DNA from: Anthoceros angustus
Lineage: Eukaryota > Plantae > Anthocerotophyta
Reading direction: 5' to 3'
NCBI GenBank assembly: GCA_010909165.1
Contig: MU008159.1
Span: 1,240,001-1,304,000 of the forward strand
Length of the DNA: 64,000 nt
Position numbers and translations under genes: made by a program. The number at the start of each line of letters is the position of its first letter. The stretch's first letter is position 1. Shown here one piece after another: positions 38,301 to 50,200 of the stretch. The notes below the pieces were generated by a model. It was not told where the DNA came from. It saw nothing but the letters and a program-made list of their open reading frames with translations, and made no database searches.

Positions 38301-39263
38301 AAAATAGAGTGCACAGTGTGTATCTGGTGGGTGTGTGGGGGTGGGAGCCTATGCTTTCTAATTGGTGATTGATACTCCTATAGCTTGACGTAGCTGTCAC
38401 CGGCCTCCAGCACTACCAGGCCCTTACTTCCTACACAGATCCACAGGCACATGTTTTAACAGACTGTCAGTATGTGAGGGAGCACAAGGATCAAAGGCCA
38501 GGTAGGACGGATGAAGCCTCACGTGACTTTAATCGCCCTGCACTCAGCCGCAACTTCGGAGGACTCTTTGATCTGATTCAGCAGTGCTGCCACTGTCTGA
38601 AGCTGACCAATCAAGCTCATCTCCTCTCCAAGTTCGTCCCGAGTCGGAGGCGGCTCTGCAGCCTCCTCAGTTATTTTTCCATCCATAACCGACCGCACTG
38701 CTTTATGGATCGCCCAAGCAGTGTGACTCTCGTCCCTGCCACTGGGACGCTTGTGCAATCTAGGGCTCTTCCTAGCTGGTGGTGGCGATGTCCTCAAGAG
38801 CAGGTCTCTTCCCCTTGGCCTTCGTCGCAGATTCGGCTTGCAGGCTGCTCATCTCGCTTGTTGTTGACATGGCGGTGCACAGCAGGAGCTGGATGACTGT
38901 GAAGCAGGCGAGCTGGATGATGACAATCAGGGTGGAGACGGGAAGGACGACCGCCATCTTAAGGGCTCTGGCACGTTTGCTCTCGAGTTCAGTGGGTGGA
39001 GCGTACCGAGTTCCCGACCATGTGAATGCACGTTTTCTAAGCTCGTGAAGTTTAAGAGGGAGTGTTAGAATAAATACGCATACGTACATATTGGTTAACC
39101 TACACTCACTTAGGTTATTGTTTATAAACCGTATGTGATCATTGGACATTTAACCGTTCGTGATTAGGTTTAGATATAAAAGACATATGAGACCCTTTTT
39201 GTTAATCAATTCAATCATTTTTGTTCTGCTCTCGCCGTCTCCGTTCTATCCAGAACGTTTACA
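32305..39263 (+). mobile_element. Full-length Ty1/copia LTR retrotransposon with TATTA target-site duplication
   Basis: LTRs at 32305-32502 and 39063-39263 (TG...CA); TSD tatta at 32300-32304 and 39264-39268. Degenerate Met-tRNA PBS at 32503; PPT at 39048-39062. Gag, PR WYLDSGAT, IN (LWHARLCH, PYTPQQNGVAER), RT (YKARLVA, QMDV, YGLKQSGRVW, LYVDD) and RNase H ending at 38307. Confidence 0.97.
36928..38307 (+). CDS. Copia pol, uninterrupted RT C-terminal part and RNase H (true homology starts ~37035)
   Basis: 459-aa ORF with QMDVCTAYLYG, LYVDD, TRPDI, FTDADWA, SSTEAEY and ADVLTK. Confidence 0.9.
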   Translation: MCVAYIRIKLHTQYCGNFLASIGVYDSPKNYNNAIGLYQMDVCTAYLYGALDEDLYMAQPEGYEDKNHPKKVCKLLKTIYGLKQSGRVWYLNIHVYLLSRSFKQSVADSNVYRLTRGKEYVVLALYVDDVILAASSTQLLEEVKSMLSSKYEMKDIGELKFCLGIQLLRVRSEGLLMIHQYQYIQDILTKFKLDQARPATTPSAMGVKLTSLQCPQYEAEKREMADVPYRHAIGSLIFVGNWTRPDIQYSVSTLSQFLENPGRAHWVAAKRVFRYLKGTQCYGLCYKCSGQEQLTLKGFTDADWAFDSDSRKSLSTYCFLLANAAINWSCKKQASIALSSTEAEYKSLTDASKEAEWERTFLADLGQQQMRPTPLLCDNMSALALVANPRFHARTKHIEIQHHYIRNVVERAVVKVDYVHTDENTADVLTKALPKSRHYQHMEGLGLCDLTGYMFKDAK

Positions 39264-39268
39264 TATTA

Positions 39269-39484
39269 AAGCCCAATGTACTTAGACTAATACGCTTAGT
39301 CTAAGTCAGTTAAGTATCATTAGTTTAGCTGAAGCTAATCACTAGGAAGCTTCTTGTGCTCCTTCCTAGGGGCTTCTTGTGGAGCTTCCTAGGGAGCCCT
39401 GTTGGAGGGTATAAATACCCCAGAGCCTCATTTCAATGTGAGAGAGTTATACTTGCCTCCTCCTCTCCTCTCCTCTTTCCACCA
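39269..39484 (+). repeat. Remainder of the host copia 3' LTR
   Basis: Follows the TSD and contains TATAAATA (~39410). The right end is approximate. Confidence 0.5.
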
Positions 39485-40339
39485 TCATGGGCTGCCACAC
39501 GATCCTTCAGATAGAGACACTCCCAAACCGAGGAGGCAGTGACCGATAGTGCCATGGTTGAAGTGTGCCATGGCGAAGAGGGCAGTCCCTAAAGGATCCC
39601 CTTGCCTAGTGCCCGTTGCCGAGTCCAGTACGTAAACCCCTTCCACTGAGGGGCCATGCTGATAATAAAGGTTAAAAAGGGAACCATAAAAGGAACGAAC
39701 AAACAGAATAAAACTTGCTGGCTGCCCACCTGCATCCTTGAGTTGGCCGTCCCGGAGACAGTGTCCTAGAATTTGTGGTTCAGGAGCCCTTTTGTTTCCA
39801 AATATGGTGGTTTTTGGCCGAGCTCTTACCTCTGCCCCTCGACTTTCTTCGAGTGGTCTGTCGAGGCCGGTCTATGACCATCTTCGGAACTACTTTACTT
39901 CCGAGGATCATTCTAGTGATTGTTCGGAGCTTTTCAGTCTGGCAGAAGCTGTGGCGGGGGGTGAGACCCCCCACCAGAGTTCTTAAGTGTTGAGTGCTAG
40001 AAGATTTTTGACTATGGAGAAGCCCCCACCAGGGGAGCGCCCTATCCCTGTGAGGCAGGCGTTCCTGCGGCTCATTAGCCACAGCATTGCCCTCCAGTTC
40101 CAGAAGTAGTTCCAGGCTCATCTTAGCCCCTATCATTTTGGGATTGCCACTCCAGGGGACTGTGAGTTGGTGGCCTTTAGTGTTGAGGCAGTTCTTTGAG
40201 TCGCATCTAGATTGGATTGCTCTTCATGTTGATGTTGAGAACTTCGAGCCTGCCTCGTCTCGGGGGTCTTGTGCGAGGTGCTCCAAGGAAAGCCGATTGA
40301 CACCTAATGGACGCAGAAGGAGAGGTCCCCATAAAGAAA

Positions 40340-42460
40340 ATAACCAAAATGAAAAAAAGGATGAAACAAAATAAAACATATAAAATAAATGAAAATTAAT
40401 AAATAAGTAAATAAGGATGGATGAAACAAGAGAAAAGAGGGCACAAAGAATAAAAATAATTTAAAGATAAAAGAAAATAAAGAAAAAATAATATATGAAA
40501 ATATTAAATATTTATATTTAGGTATAATATAAATAAATATGATAGAAAGATAAATGGAGGTCTTACTTTCATTGGATTCTTTTCTATAGATAGATAAAAA
40601 TGAATAGATATAAATAGGAATAGAAAAAAATAGATAAAGATAATTAATTATATTTATGATAAATAATTAAAAGAGGTTGAAAATAGAAAGATTAGAGGTA
40701 CAGGAAAAAGATAGAGAAACGGAGTTTTGTTATGTTTTTTTAAGAACTAAATTATACAAAGATTCTTTTACCAAGATTAAAATGAATTGATATACACTTA
40801 CCGGCTCGCACTGACCGAGCATCCCAGAACTCAGGCATCCTTTCCACCGAAAATAGATAATATGGTGTCAAATACTACAAAAAATAGAGTGATGTTAAAA
40901 AAAATAGATAAACATAAGTAGAGAAAGATAATATCCATTTCTATAATAAATTAAATAGAAAAAATTAAAGAGAAAAAACATTAAATATAAAATATAAAAA
41001 ATTAAATATAAAAAGATAAGAAGTAAAAGAAAGAGGTTAGAGAAATATTATTTTAATAATTTTCATGTTGCAAAATCAGATGTAACCGAAGATTGAAAGA
41101 GATTGTAAAGGATTGGAAAATATATTGTATTGTAAAGTTTTAATTACAAGATAGAATATTATTTGTGTCAAATTTATATAAAAGTTAAATAAAAGTTTCT
41201 GCTCAAAACATGACTGTGGAATTAATTAAAGACTACCCAATGAATGAAATTAGATATGAAGCATTGCTTTATATGAGTTACAAGAATTGCATATAGTTGG
41301 AAGTACTATTATGAAATTCCAATCATAACTTATCAAATACATAACTTTAGTATATAGGGTGAATTATGGTTTGTTTTTCTTTTGTGTATGATAGAGCTCT
41401 GATATGTTATTGTTCTATATTTATGCTGATTTTCTATAATAGTATGAGGTCTGGTATGATTTATATAGGTCATGGAAGTACTCATGGAAGTATTATTCTG
41501 AAATATAATCTTAATTATATTCATTTCAAAGTACTATTCTGAAATTCTAATCATAAGTTATCAAAGACATAACTTTAGTAAAGGAGGACGGATTATGGGT
41601 TATTTTTCTTTTGTGTGTGATAGAGGTATGACATGTACAAGTCTACTGTTCTATCTTCATGTTGATTTTCTATAATAGCATCAAGTGTAGTGTGATTTAT
41701 GTAGGCCATAAAAATACCCATAGTTCTCCCTTCCCTCGCTAAGGATTCTTCTATTTCTTTTGTGCTCTTTCCTATATGTCTTTGTACATTACCACGGGAT
41801 TGTGACAATGCTAGTGGTGGAAGATGATTACCTAGATATTTCAGATATAGATGTGAATAATCTTTTTGAATATTTTGTTTTATCTTGGTTTTTCCTATTT
41901 TCTGATTATTGTCAGATTGTTTTTCTTTATCCCGGTATACCATCTTGGAAGAATTTAGTTAATACCTACAATATAAAACTATGTTACTAGCTGAAAATAA
42001 ATTGATATTTTACTCAAAATATAATATTTTAAGTATAAATACTGATATATAATATAGGATATAAATACTCATACGAAACATAGTTCTTGTTTGACTAATA
42101 CATGGGTATATATTCAAAATTTTCATTAATATTAATGAGACTAAAAAAGAAGAACTAATTTAATTTAAATATGATAAGAAAAACTTCTCAATTGACTTGA
42201 TAAGTTTATATACCTACCTACTGGGTGCACAAAATGAATATATTTTTCATATCCTCCTATGACCTCATAGAAAAAATAAAAAATATAAAAAAACTTATCA
42301 ATTCACTTTATAAATTTAAATACCTAGGTACTACAAACAATGAATAAGTTTTTTCATATCCTTGTATGAGGTCGTAGGAAACATAGACAATTTTAATTCT
42401 ACTTTTAAGCCTCATACAAAAAAATAAAATTTTGGTTCGACTATTAATGAAACAATACTC
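40340..42460. other. Very AT-rich non-coding spacer with degenerate internal repeats
   Basis: Sharp composition shift. A ~220 bp imperfect tandem repeat at ~41300-41720 (aagtactatt..gaaatt..aatcataa.ttatcaaa) and short repeats at 42245-42430. Confidence 0.7.
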
Positions 42461-43382
42461 TCCCCATGAAGGTGACCTCGGACAACAATCCCCCACTATT
42501 CCAAATTGGATGACAGATCATATCGTCTCGTGTGGGTGGGCTTGCTCTGCGATGCATTGCAGGAAAAATAGAAGCTTTTCTTGGTGCAATGTGTGTTCGA
42601 TTTGGAGGCCAAGGTGGTTAAAAAGACTCTTCCCCCATTATTATTATTATTACCCCTTTGTTGCTGGTGTCGAGGCTCTCCTGCCCTCGTGTTTGCCGTC
42701 TTTGTCTGTTAAAAAGACTCTTCCCCCATTATTATTATTAAAAGAAGAATAAGAAGAATTTTAGTTAAGTCCACTAAGGACGGATTTCTGTCATGGGACT
42801 TGGTACTTGAAGGATTTCTGTCATTTCTGTCATGGGACTTGGTACTTAACAACTTGTACCATGGTGTGCCTAAGCTACTTGCACCAAGGGCATCCACTCC
42901 CTTTAGGCACCCCATCTAAGTATGGATCTAAGCTCAGGATGCTTAATCACAGCATTCTTAAATGTGTGTCCACTTGGCCAAAGCCATTTGGACACGTACC
43001 TACTTTAGGTTCCACCTTTGATGGAATATAGCTTTCCATTCCAAGGTGACCTTTGAATCTTCCCACATTAGTCACTTTGATTCCGCATTCAATGGAAAGA
43101 TAGCTTTGCACTCCAAGGTGACCTTTGAGTCTTCCCACACTTTCTACCGTAGAAAGCCCGATGCATGTACTGGAGGGCACAGTTCGATCACCTCCAAGGA
43201 TTCTTGGGATTTTCCACCATGCACTAGATGGGATTATCCCTATCACTTTGCTAGCTGCTTTGAAAACGTGTTACGATATTGTTTTGTTCCAAATGCGTCC
43301 GGGATAGAGAGAGATTCGAGAAGAGCAAAAGGGGCAGACGTATGACGCAAAGATCAGTGTGTGGTAGGCAAGAGCAAATGAT

Positions 43383-44000
43383 ATGGCGCCGAAGCAGAAA
43401 GACAGGAAGGAGGGCAAGTCTCCTGGCGAAGAACTGGTAGCAGAGGGCAAGGGGCTTGGTAACAGAAGTGCTGAGAGTGCAACAGCAGATGGCCTAAAGG
43501 GCTCCAAGAGCGCTGCCCCTAAGAAGGAGCAGCAGGAGCAGTTAGAGCAGGCAGGCAAAGTGGTAGACTATTTGATGGACAATGTGGAGGAGCACATCCA
43601 AGATGGCGACCTGTATCCGCGCTATGTAGCCCACGCCGTATGTGTGACCGTCGCACAGATGGTCAATATGCTGTGTGTGTCACATGTCAACAGGATGGAA
43701 CAGTGGAACTCCATGTGCGAGGGCAGGGTGCTATCGGAATGGGAGTGTGACCCCGAGCCTTCCTTGCCTGAAATCGATTCCTGGGCTCGGTGTGCTATCC
43801 CCCTGCTAGCAGAGAGGCTTGATGATGAAGAACACAGTGCGTTGGTGGCGTGCAACAACCCAGTGATCAAGCCTGTGCGTAGAGGCACGGCTCGAGACTC
43901 TGGGTGGGGCAAGCTCTTCCAGGGCGCTGACCCTCTGCCCAATCCCAGGGCCTCCAGCACTGGAGCCCTTGATTTGGAGCAGCCCAGACAAAGGCTCTGA
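43383..44000 (+). CDS. Single-exon C2orf81/DUF4639-like protein, 205 aa
   Basis: Intact ORF containing EWECDPEPSLPEIDSWARCAIP, matching the W..D.EP....DSWA...P signature. Confidence 0.65.
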   Translation: MAPKQKDRKEGKSPGEELVAEGKGLGNRSAESATADGLKGSKSAAPKKEQQEQLEQAGKVVDYLMDNVEEHIQDGDLYPRYVAHAVCVTVAQMVNMLCVSHVNRMEQWNSMCEGRVLSEWECDPEPSLPEIDSWARCAIPLLAERLDDEEHSALVACNNPVIKPVRRGTARDSGWGKLFQGADPLPNPRASSTGALDLEQPRQRL

Positions 44001-44216
44001 CCCGAAAATTTGGGTGCAATTGCGACCTTGTAGCCTTGAACCTTTCACGTCCAAATGCTGCGCCAGGCTCTTGAACTACGGTTTCTCAGGGACTGCCTCA
44101 CTAACTCTTCCCTCACGAGAAACCACATTGAGTGCAGGTCTCATCACGCTGTTACGTTTCCCATCTGTTCCTGTCCTCGAGTCGTGGCAGAAAAAATCGT
44201 GTGTCAGCTCAAGGGT

Positions 44217-47200
44217 ATGAGAATGGCGAGAGCGATACAGACTGCAATCCCTCGAGGCGTACATGCTGCTACTCGTGCACTTACTCTCGTACCCGACCGT
44301 GACGCTGAGGCCTCCTGCCCTTGGGACATGGGTGTGGACGTGATGCGGTACCTGCCCTCCTCCCAGCTCACCAGCTTGACGTAGCAGTGCCTCGCGGAGG
44401 TGACTGGGCCAGTCAGCTATCACTCCATTGCCCATCGTGAATATCCGTGGGGAGGCTTTCATCTGTGGCCTATGACAGATCTTGACTTCTTCCTCCAATT
44501 TCCCAAGACCAGTCTTGATCGTCTGTTAAGACCCTCTCCACTGACTCATGCCTACTCCTGCAGACTGGTGGCTGGACAGGAAAAGGCTGAAGGATCGTTG
44601 CAGAAGGAGGATGACTGCTTGAAAGAAGGGGAAGATGAGAGAAGTGGAAGTATAGTGCTACTCATAACGATGAGGTAGCTGCGGAGCAAGCATATCGACT
44701 CAGGAGGATTCACTTTGCTGATCCCATGAAGGATTTTCCCAGGTCTTGGTCCACCACTGTAATCTTCACACTGGAGCGTTTTGCAAGATGTGCATCACTA
44801 TTCTTTTGGCGGACAGTTTGGCACCCCTGATCTGTCTAATCTTCGGTGCCCTGGAGAATGGGCTTTGTAGCAGTTGTCTGTACAGTAGACAACCTCCTGG
44901 CGGTCCAAGTTCTGCAGTTTCATAGTGCCGTTCCAATTTTCGAGCGGCTTCGTGCATAACTGTATCAGTTCTCGGACCGTCGACTTTGTTGTGGGTTCAA
45001 GGCAACGTCTGTGTGGTCTCGTATTCACTGTCTGTGCGAGTCAGTTGTCCACCATCGTTTTTCTTCTGTAGTCTGTTGCTCTTGAAAATCAATCTTCAAG
45101 AGGCTTGCCAATTGAGAAAGGCTGAACTCACTACCTGTGGCAAGATGTTGGACTATCGCATATTGCAAACAGCCAACCTTGTCTCAGCAGTGGCAGTGGG
45201 GCACATAACTAGTCGTATTGCTTATCAATTTGTGATGCTTAAGAAGGTACTGCAGAAGACTGAAACTTGACATAGTATTTGATTGATTTCTATCACAAAC
45301 AAGAAATCGTAGCAATTCATGTGCTTTCGAGTTCCTTTCAGGAGCTAATTGAGGTCTGGGAGGTGGATGCCATGCGACAAAGGAAGGCTCTATCAGCTAG
45401 CATGCAGTTTGCCTTAGTTGACTGTGCTGTCCTACACGCCCCATTCTTGGAAGGATCGGCCGTGAATGCTGAACATCTGAATCTTGACATGCTGCTGGTG
45501 ATTTTATCCGGTTGAACGATTCTCATAGGAAGTAGGTCTGCAGCTGTCCATGTTCTGCGGACTTTGACACGAATTTCTTCCACCACAGGTACTGGATCTC
45601 GAGGGAAGATTGTCTGTCCTTGGATGGGACGGTTCGACAGGTCTAAGACAGAGCTGTTGTGCGGTACAGGTTGAGAATCACAGCACTGTGACTAGTTTGC
45701 ACTCACGTGCATTGTTCTCTCGTGCCTTGTTACTTTCCAAGGAAGCTACTGCATGCTCGTCGTATGGAAAAGGAGCAAGACCATCTGGTTGCAAGGAAAG
45801 GGGCCCTGAGGTACTCTCTGTGTTTTTCGGCCAGATGTAACCAACCCACCTGAATGTAGTCACACATGTTTCTTCAGGGGCACTATGTGCTCCTCGCTTG
45901 CCCTGTTGGCATTCACAATGCCTTAGCCTTTCAGGTCCAGCTTGGAGATATTACGCTGGTCGGATTTTCCCATGATGCAGCTTCGCTTCAAGTTCTGGTG
46001 GCAGAGTGGACAAGCATAGCAGATGCCAAAAAAAGTGTTTCATCTCATTGCAGCATTTCTAAAGCACATGTGGCTACATGGGCTGTATGTCTAAATCTTG
46101 TGGAAATGACGCAATGCCCTGTAGCTCCAAACACCTCCGAGGTTTTGGTCCCCAAAACCTTTGCCCTTACTCCAAGATTTGGTTTCTATTTCACAGCTTC
46201 TTCACCTACCCTCTTTTCTTCATCTACATGCAGGGCCCAAGGAGCAATGCCATTATCTTGGATGTAGCTTTCATAGGTTCTGCTATAAGCAACTCTGGGA
46301 GCCCTGGAAGCGTTGTGGACAGCAAGGGGCGCCCCTTGATTGGCATCTTGTCAGCTGATCATGGAAGACTTTACCCCCTTTCCTCAGGTCCACTCTGGAC
46401 TTCTGTTTGGGGCGGGATTTCCTTCCCACACATAGGAGGCATGTGGAAAACTTCAGTAAACGCCAGGTGGTCGCTTGTTTTAGCTCAGGCTGCACTCATC
46501 AACCTTTGTCGGTTCAATGCTTTGCGCTGGAGTTGAGTACGATGGAAATTGTGCAAGGTCCTTGGAAAATGAGGTTTGTATGAGAATAAACAAGAATTCC
46601 TGAGTTAGTTTGTAGGTGAAATGGCTGCTTTGTTTCTCACTAACGAGACGTTGTTTGCTGTCTACCCAGCAACTTGCACCCAACCACAACTTTCCTGCTG
46701 CCCTGGTTCTATCAGAGTACAAGAGAATCTCTAGAGATGGGCCAGGCCGATGAGGCTCCAGTAGACACGGGATTGGAACCTGGTTTGGGGGTTCTGCTTA
46801 TATCTAGTACTAGCCTCTTCTTTATTGAGTCTACTGGACGTCGAATCTCTCTGGCTATCTCTCTGCAGGGTCTGCCCACATGCTATGATTCTGTGAATGA
46901 GCAGCGCCTGGTGAGACTGTTTGGCTACTGAAGCTTTTGTGTTCATTAGTGGAATGAAAAGATGTCCAGATGTACCGGTCTTTAGCTTGAAATTTTTCTG
47001 ATGGGTATCCATCTGGAGTTGGTTCACAAAGATTATCGGTGACAGCTCTGGGGCATTGCACATTTTGGACCTAAGTGAGTGGCACAACCATCAAATGCAG
47101 CGAATTACCTTCGAGGCATCTCCATCTGCCGCACGGGTACTTGGTTTTGTTTATGTTCAAAAGTGATTCTGTATGATCAAAGCCTCAGAGTACAGATGCT

Positions 47201-50200
47201 TCAGCATTCCCGTTAGGCCTGCAGTTTAAGTGGATTCGTGAATCTTGACAGATTGTCAAAGACATTCAACTATCACCTAGTAACGTTGAGAACTTGGCAA
47301 ACAGGGATAGATTATTCTATCTGTGCAACTTTCTTGGGAAATCCGACGTCTACACTTTACATTCCAGTACAGAGAAATCACCTCCTGCTTCTGAGAAATC
47401 ACTGCCCAGCATATCCGCACACAGAGAAGATTCAATGGGAAGCACTTTGTCATTGGGATTTTCTACTATAACCTGGACAGCAGAGAAGCTAATTGTGGAG
47501 GCCCCATTCCTACAAACCATAGCTCCTGTTATGGATGCACTTTCTGTTTCTGTCGGTAGTTGTGACACAGATCTGAGTTTGCTACTTGTTACTGGTTCAG
47601 CTCCAACTTCTAAGTTGCAAAAGTAAGATTTTTCTGGGCCGTCAAATGAATTTATGGTCGAAGTCAGTTCTAGGATGAAGCTAACTTGCTTGTTGTTTCT
47701 TCAAGGGGCGATTTGGCAGTCCTCTTTAGTAAGGATGATCAGATTGATCTCCAGGTGATGACTAACGATTGTCTGTACTCATCGATTCCTTGCACATGCT
47801 TTTGCCCGCTAAATTAGAAACCTTCATTTCGCTCTCAAACTTCTCTTTGCTACTGCAGATACCTGGGCTACCACTGCTGTTGCCATTCAAAATCCGGTGG
47901 GAGTCCGCATCCGATACTCACCTTCTGGTTTCATATCCTGTTCAGGTACCTCAGCTGCTCCGCTGACAGAAATCTTATTGTCTACACAGCGCTCCTCTGA
48001 ATCAATATTTTTATGTCTGCACTCGTGCTTGCTGCAGAATGTCAGCTCTGTCATCACATTGGCCCCCAATGATGCACCAAATGCAATGCTCGATGCTATT
48101 GACAGATGTTACAGTACTCTTGCTATTGCCCTATTCCAGGGTGATTTGCTAGTTCAGGTGTGTAAGCGGAAAGTTGTATTTGGTGTTGGTGCTTCTCTAC
48201 CTTTTTGTGATGTTCGAAGAATCGTTGTGCAAATCCTGATTAAACAGGTAACTCGGGCTTCTGTGAGAGTGTTGAGTGTCTCTGGATGGAGAGTTTTGAA
48301 AGCAGAGTGGACACCGCCGAAAGACAACCACCTAGATGTTATACGACGAAATGACTTGAGCCATGCAGCCTTTGGATCTGATGGAGCGGCTTTGGCAAGA
48401 GGTCATGTGGTATATGCTTTGCAGCTGGACAGAACTGGGGGAATGCCTCATACTACTGCTATTAGCCATAGGCCTCAACAGGTGAATTTATCAATGTGCA
48501 TAACTGTGAAGGCAATCTTAGACCCAAAACACTAAGAGGCAATATTTCAAACAGCATATGCCTTCCCAACATATTTATTTCATCCATCCTGATATCAATC
48601 GTGAAATTATACAGGTATCTGCTTTATCGATTTTCACTCTACAAAGTTCTGCTCCGGTGACAGTTGTTATTCTAGGTCTATGGGTGACCAACACCATGGT
48701 GATATTATCATGGCCATTGCTGGTGAGATTTTGTCATGCTCTGGAATGTTCTCTATTCCCATATATTTACTATGTTTTGCTCGGGGAATGTTTTTGACTC
48801 GCCAATTGTATGTTTCAGGATGATCTTTCTTGCATTTGCACTGATGGAGGTCCTATCCGCTCACTTTCAGGGGCAACTTTTCGAGGCCACCATTATCTCT
48901 GTGCAGGAACAGCGGATGGGTTTCTCATGTGCTACAAGCTGACAACAACTTGCAGCACTGATAAGTCGAAGTGTGCGGATGAGGTTCAATGCAAGGATAA
49001 CACTCAAGGTTGCCAAAAGAGTAGCTTCAACTGGTCCATTGGCAGCGGACAGAGACTGAAAGCTGGCAACTGTGAAACGAAGTTGATGTTTGGCAGTTTT
49101 GGCAAGCAGGGAGATTGCTTCTCTGCAGAAAGTGACCAGACAGACTGCCTTATCGTTCATGGTGATGAGCTGCTGGTACTGTTGCTGCCTGAAAGTGAAC
49201 AGAATCTTCAGGCTGTGACCGTTCATGAGCTAGCTTATCCTTATAGGTCTTTAGCCAGGTTTGACGAAGCCTTTCCCATTAGTTTGCTTGTCAATAAGCT
49301 AAATATCTTCAAAGCATCGTTATGCAACTGTCATGGTTCTCGTCCCTATCACAAGATCTCTGGATAAAGAGAGGCACTGTTTCTGCATTTCAGACTTCCT
49401 AATAAATCTGTCAGATCGTTTTGATGACCAACACGTTCTTACTCAGATTTCAAGTCAATGGCCAGAGTAGCGCTCTTGTGTTGCTAACTACTGATGGGCA
49501 GCTTGTGTTTGGCCACCTGGACATGCATGTATCTCTAAGGTCAATGCTGTGTGCTGTGGTACTGCAATTGTGTGATTCTGGCAGACTTGCGTTTGCAGGA
49601 GTCAGTTTCGAAGGTTTTGTTAAAAGGTAACCCTTTGGCCTGCAGATGGAGGGCAACCACGTTGCCAGGTTCTGCAGGCCAGCTTGCATACCACTCCACG
49701 AGCAATTGTGCTATCGTCAGCAGCATGGTACGTCAGATTCTTATAAAGCCCTTAATCTGGCCACTTTCTGGATATCTGATTTTAGAATTAGGGGTCTGCA
49801 GGAGGAATCAGGTGCATCAACCCTCGCAATATTTCAGCTTCCTTCTATGTCCCAGGTATAGGATAGGTAACTGAGGATGTACAGTCTTGTTTCTGTAAAA
49901 GTGGAGAGTATCATTGGTATGATTTGGAAGAATTCTATGGTCACGAGCTGAGTCACCTGGGCTACATTCAGGTGTTAGGCCTGGAACTGGGGAACTCTTT
50001 TCATCTAATTCTTCTGAAGGTCGTAAAGTTGCCCTCTTTGTTCAATGAGGTGATTGTTCCCGTCCTCTACAGTAACCTTTCAGGTGCTCTCGGACTGTTT
50101 GCTGCAGATTCTTTGTTGTAACAAAGGTGAATTCTCTCATGATGCATGTCGACTTTTGCAGGAGGTAATCTGGAAGGAGTATCTCATTCTTGTGTGTGAG

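Noticed and set aside
39700-40320. Possible LINE C-terminal remnant on the minus strand (WRAMLWLMSRRNA)
   Set aside because: Single short motif with no RT or endonuclease support.
43021-43140. Repeat-spacer pattern (ccaaggtgacctttga) as a CRISPR-like array
   Set aside because: Only two ~71-bp tandem units in a eukaryotic context, with no unique spacers or cas genes.
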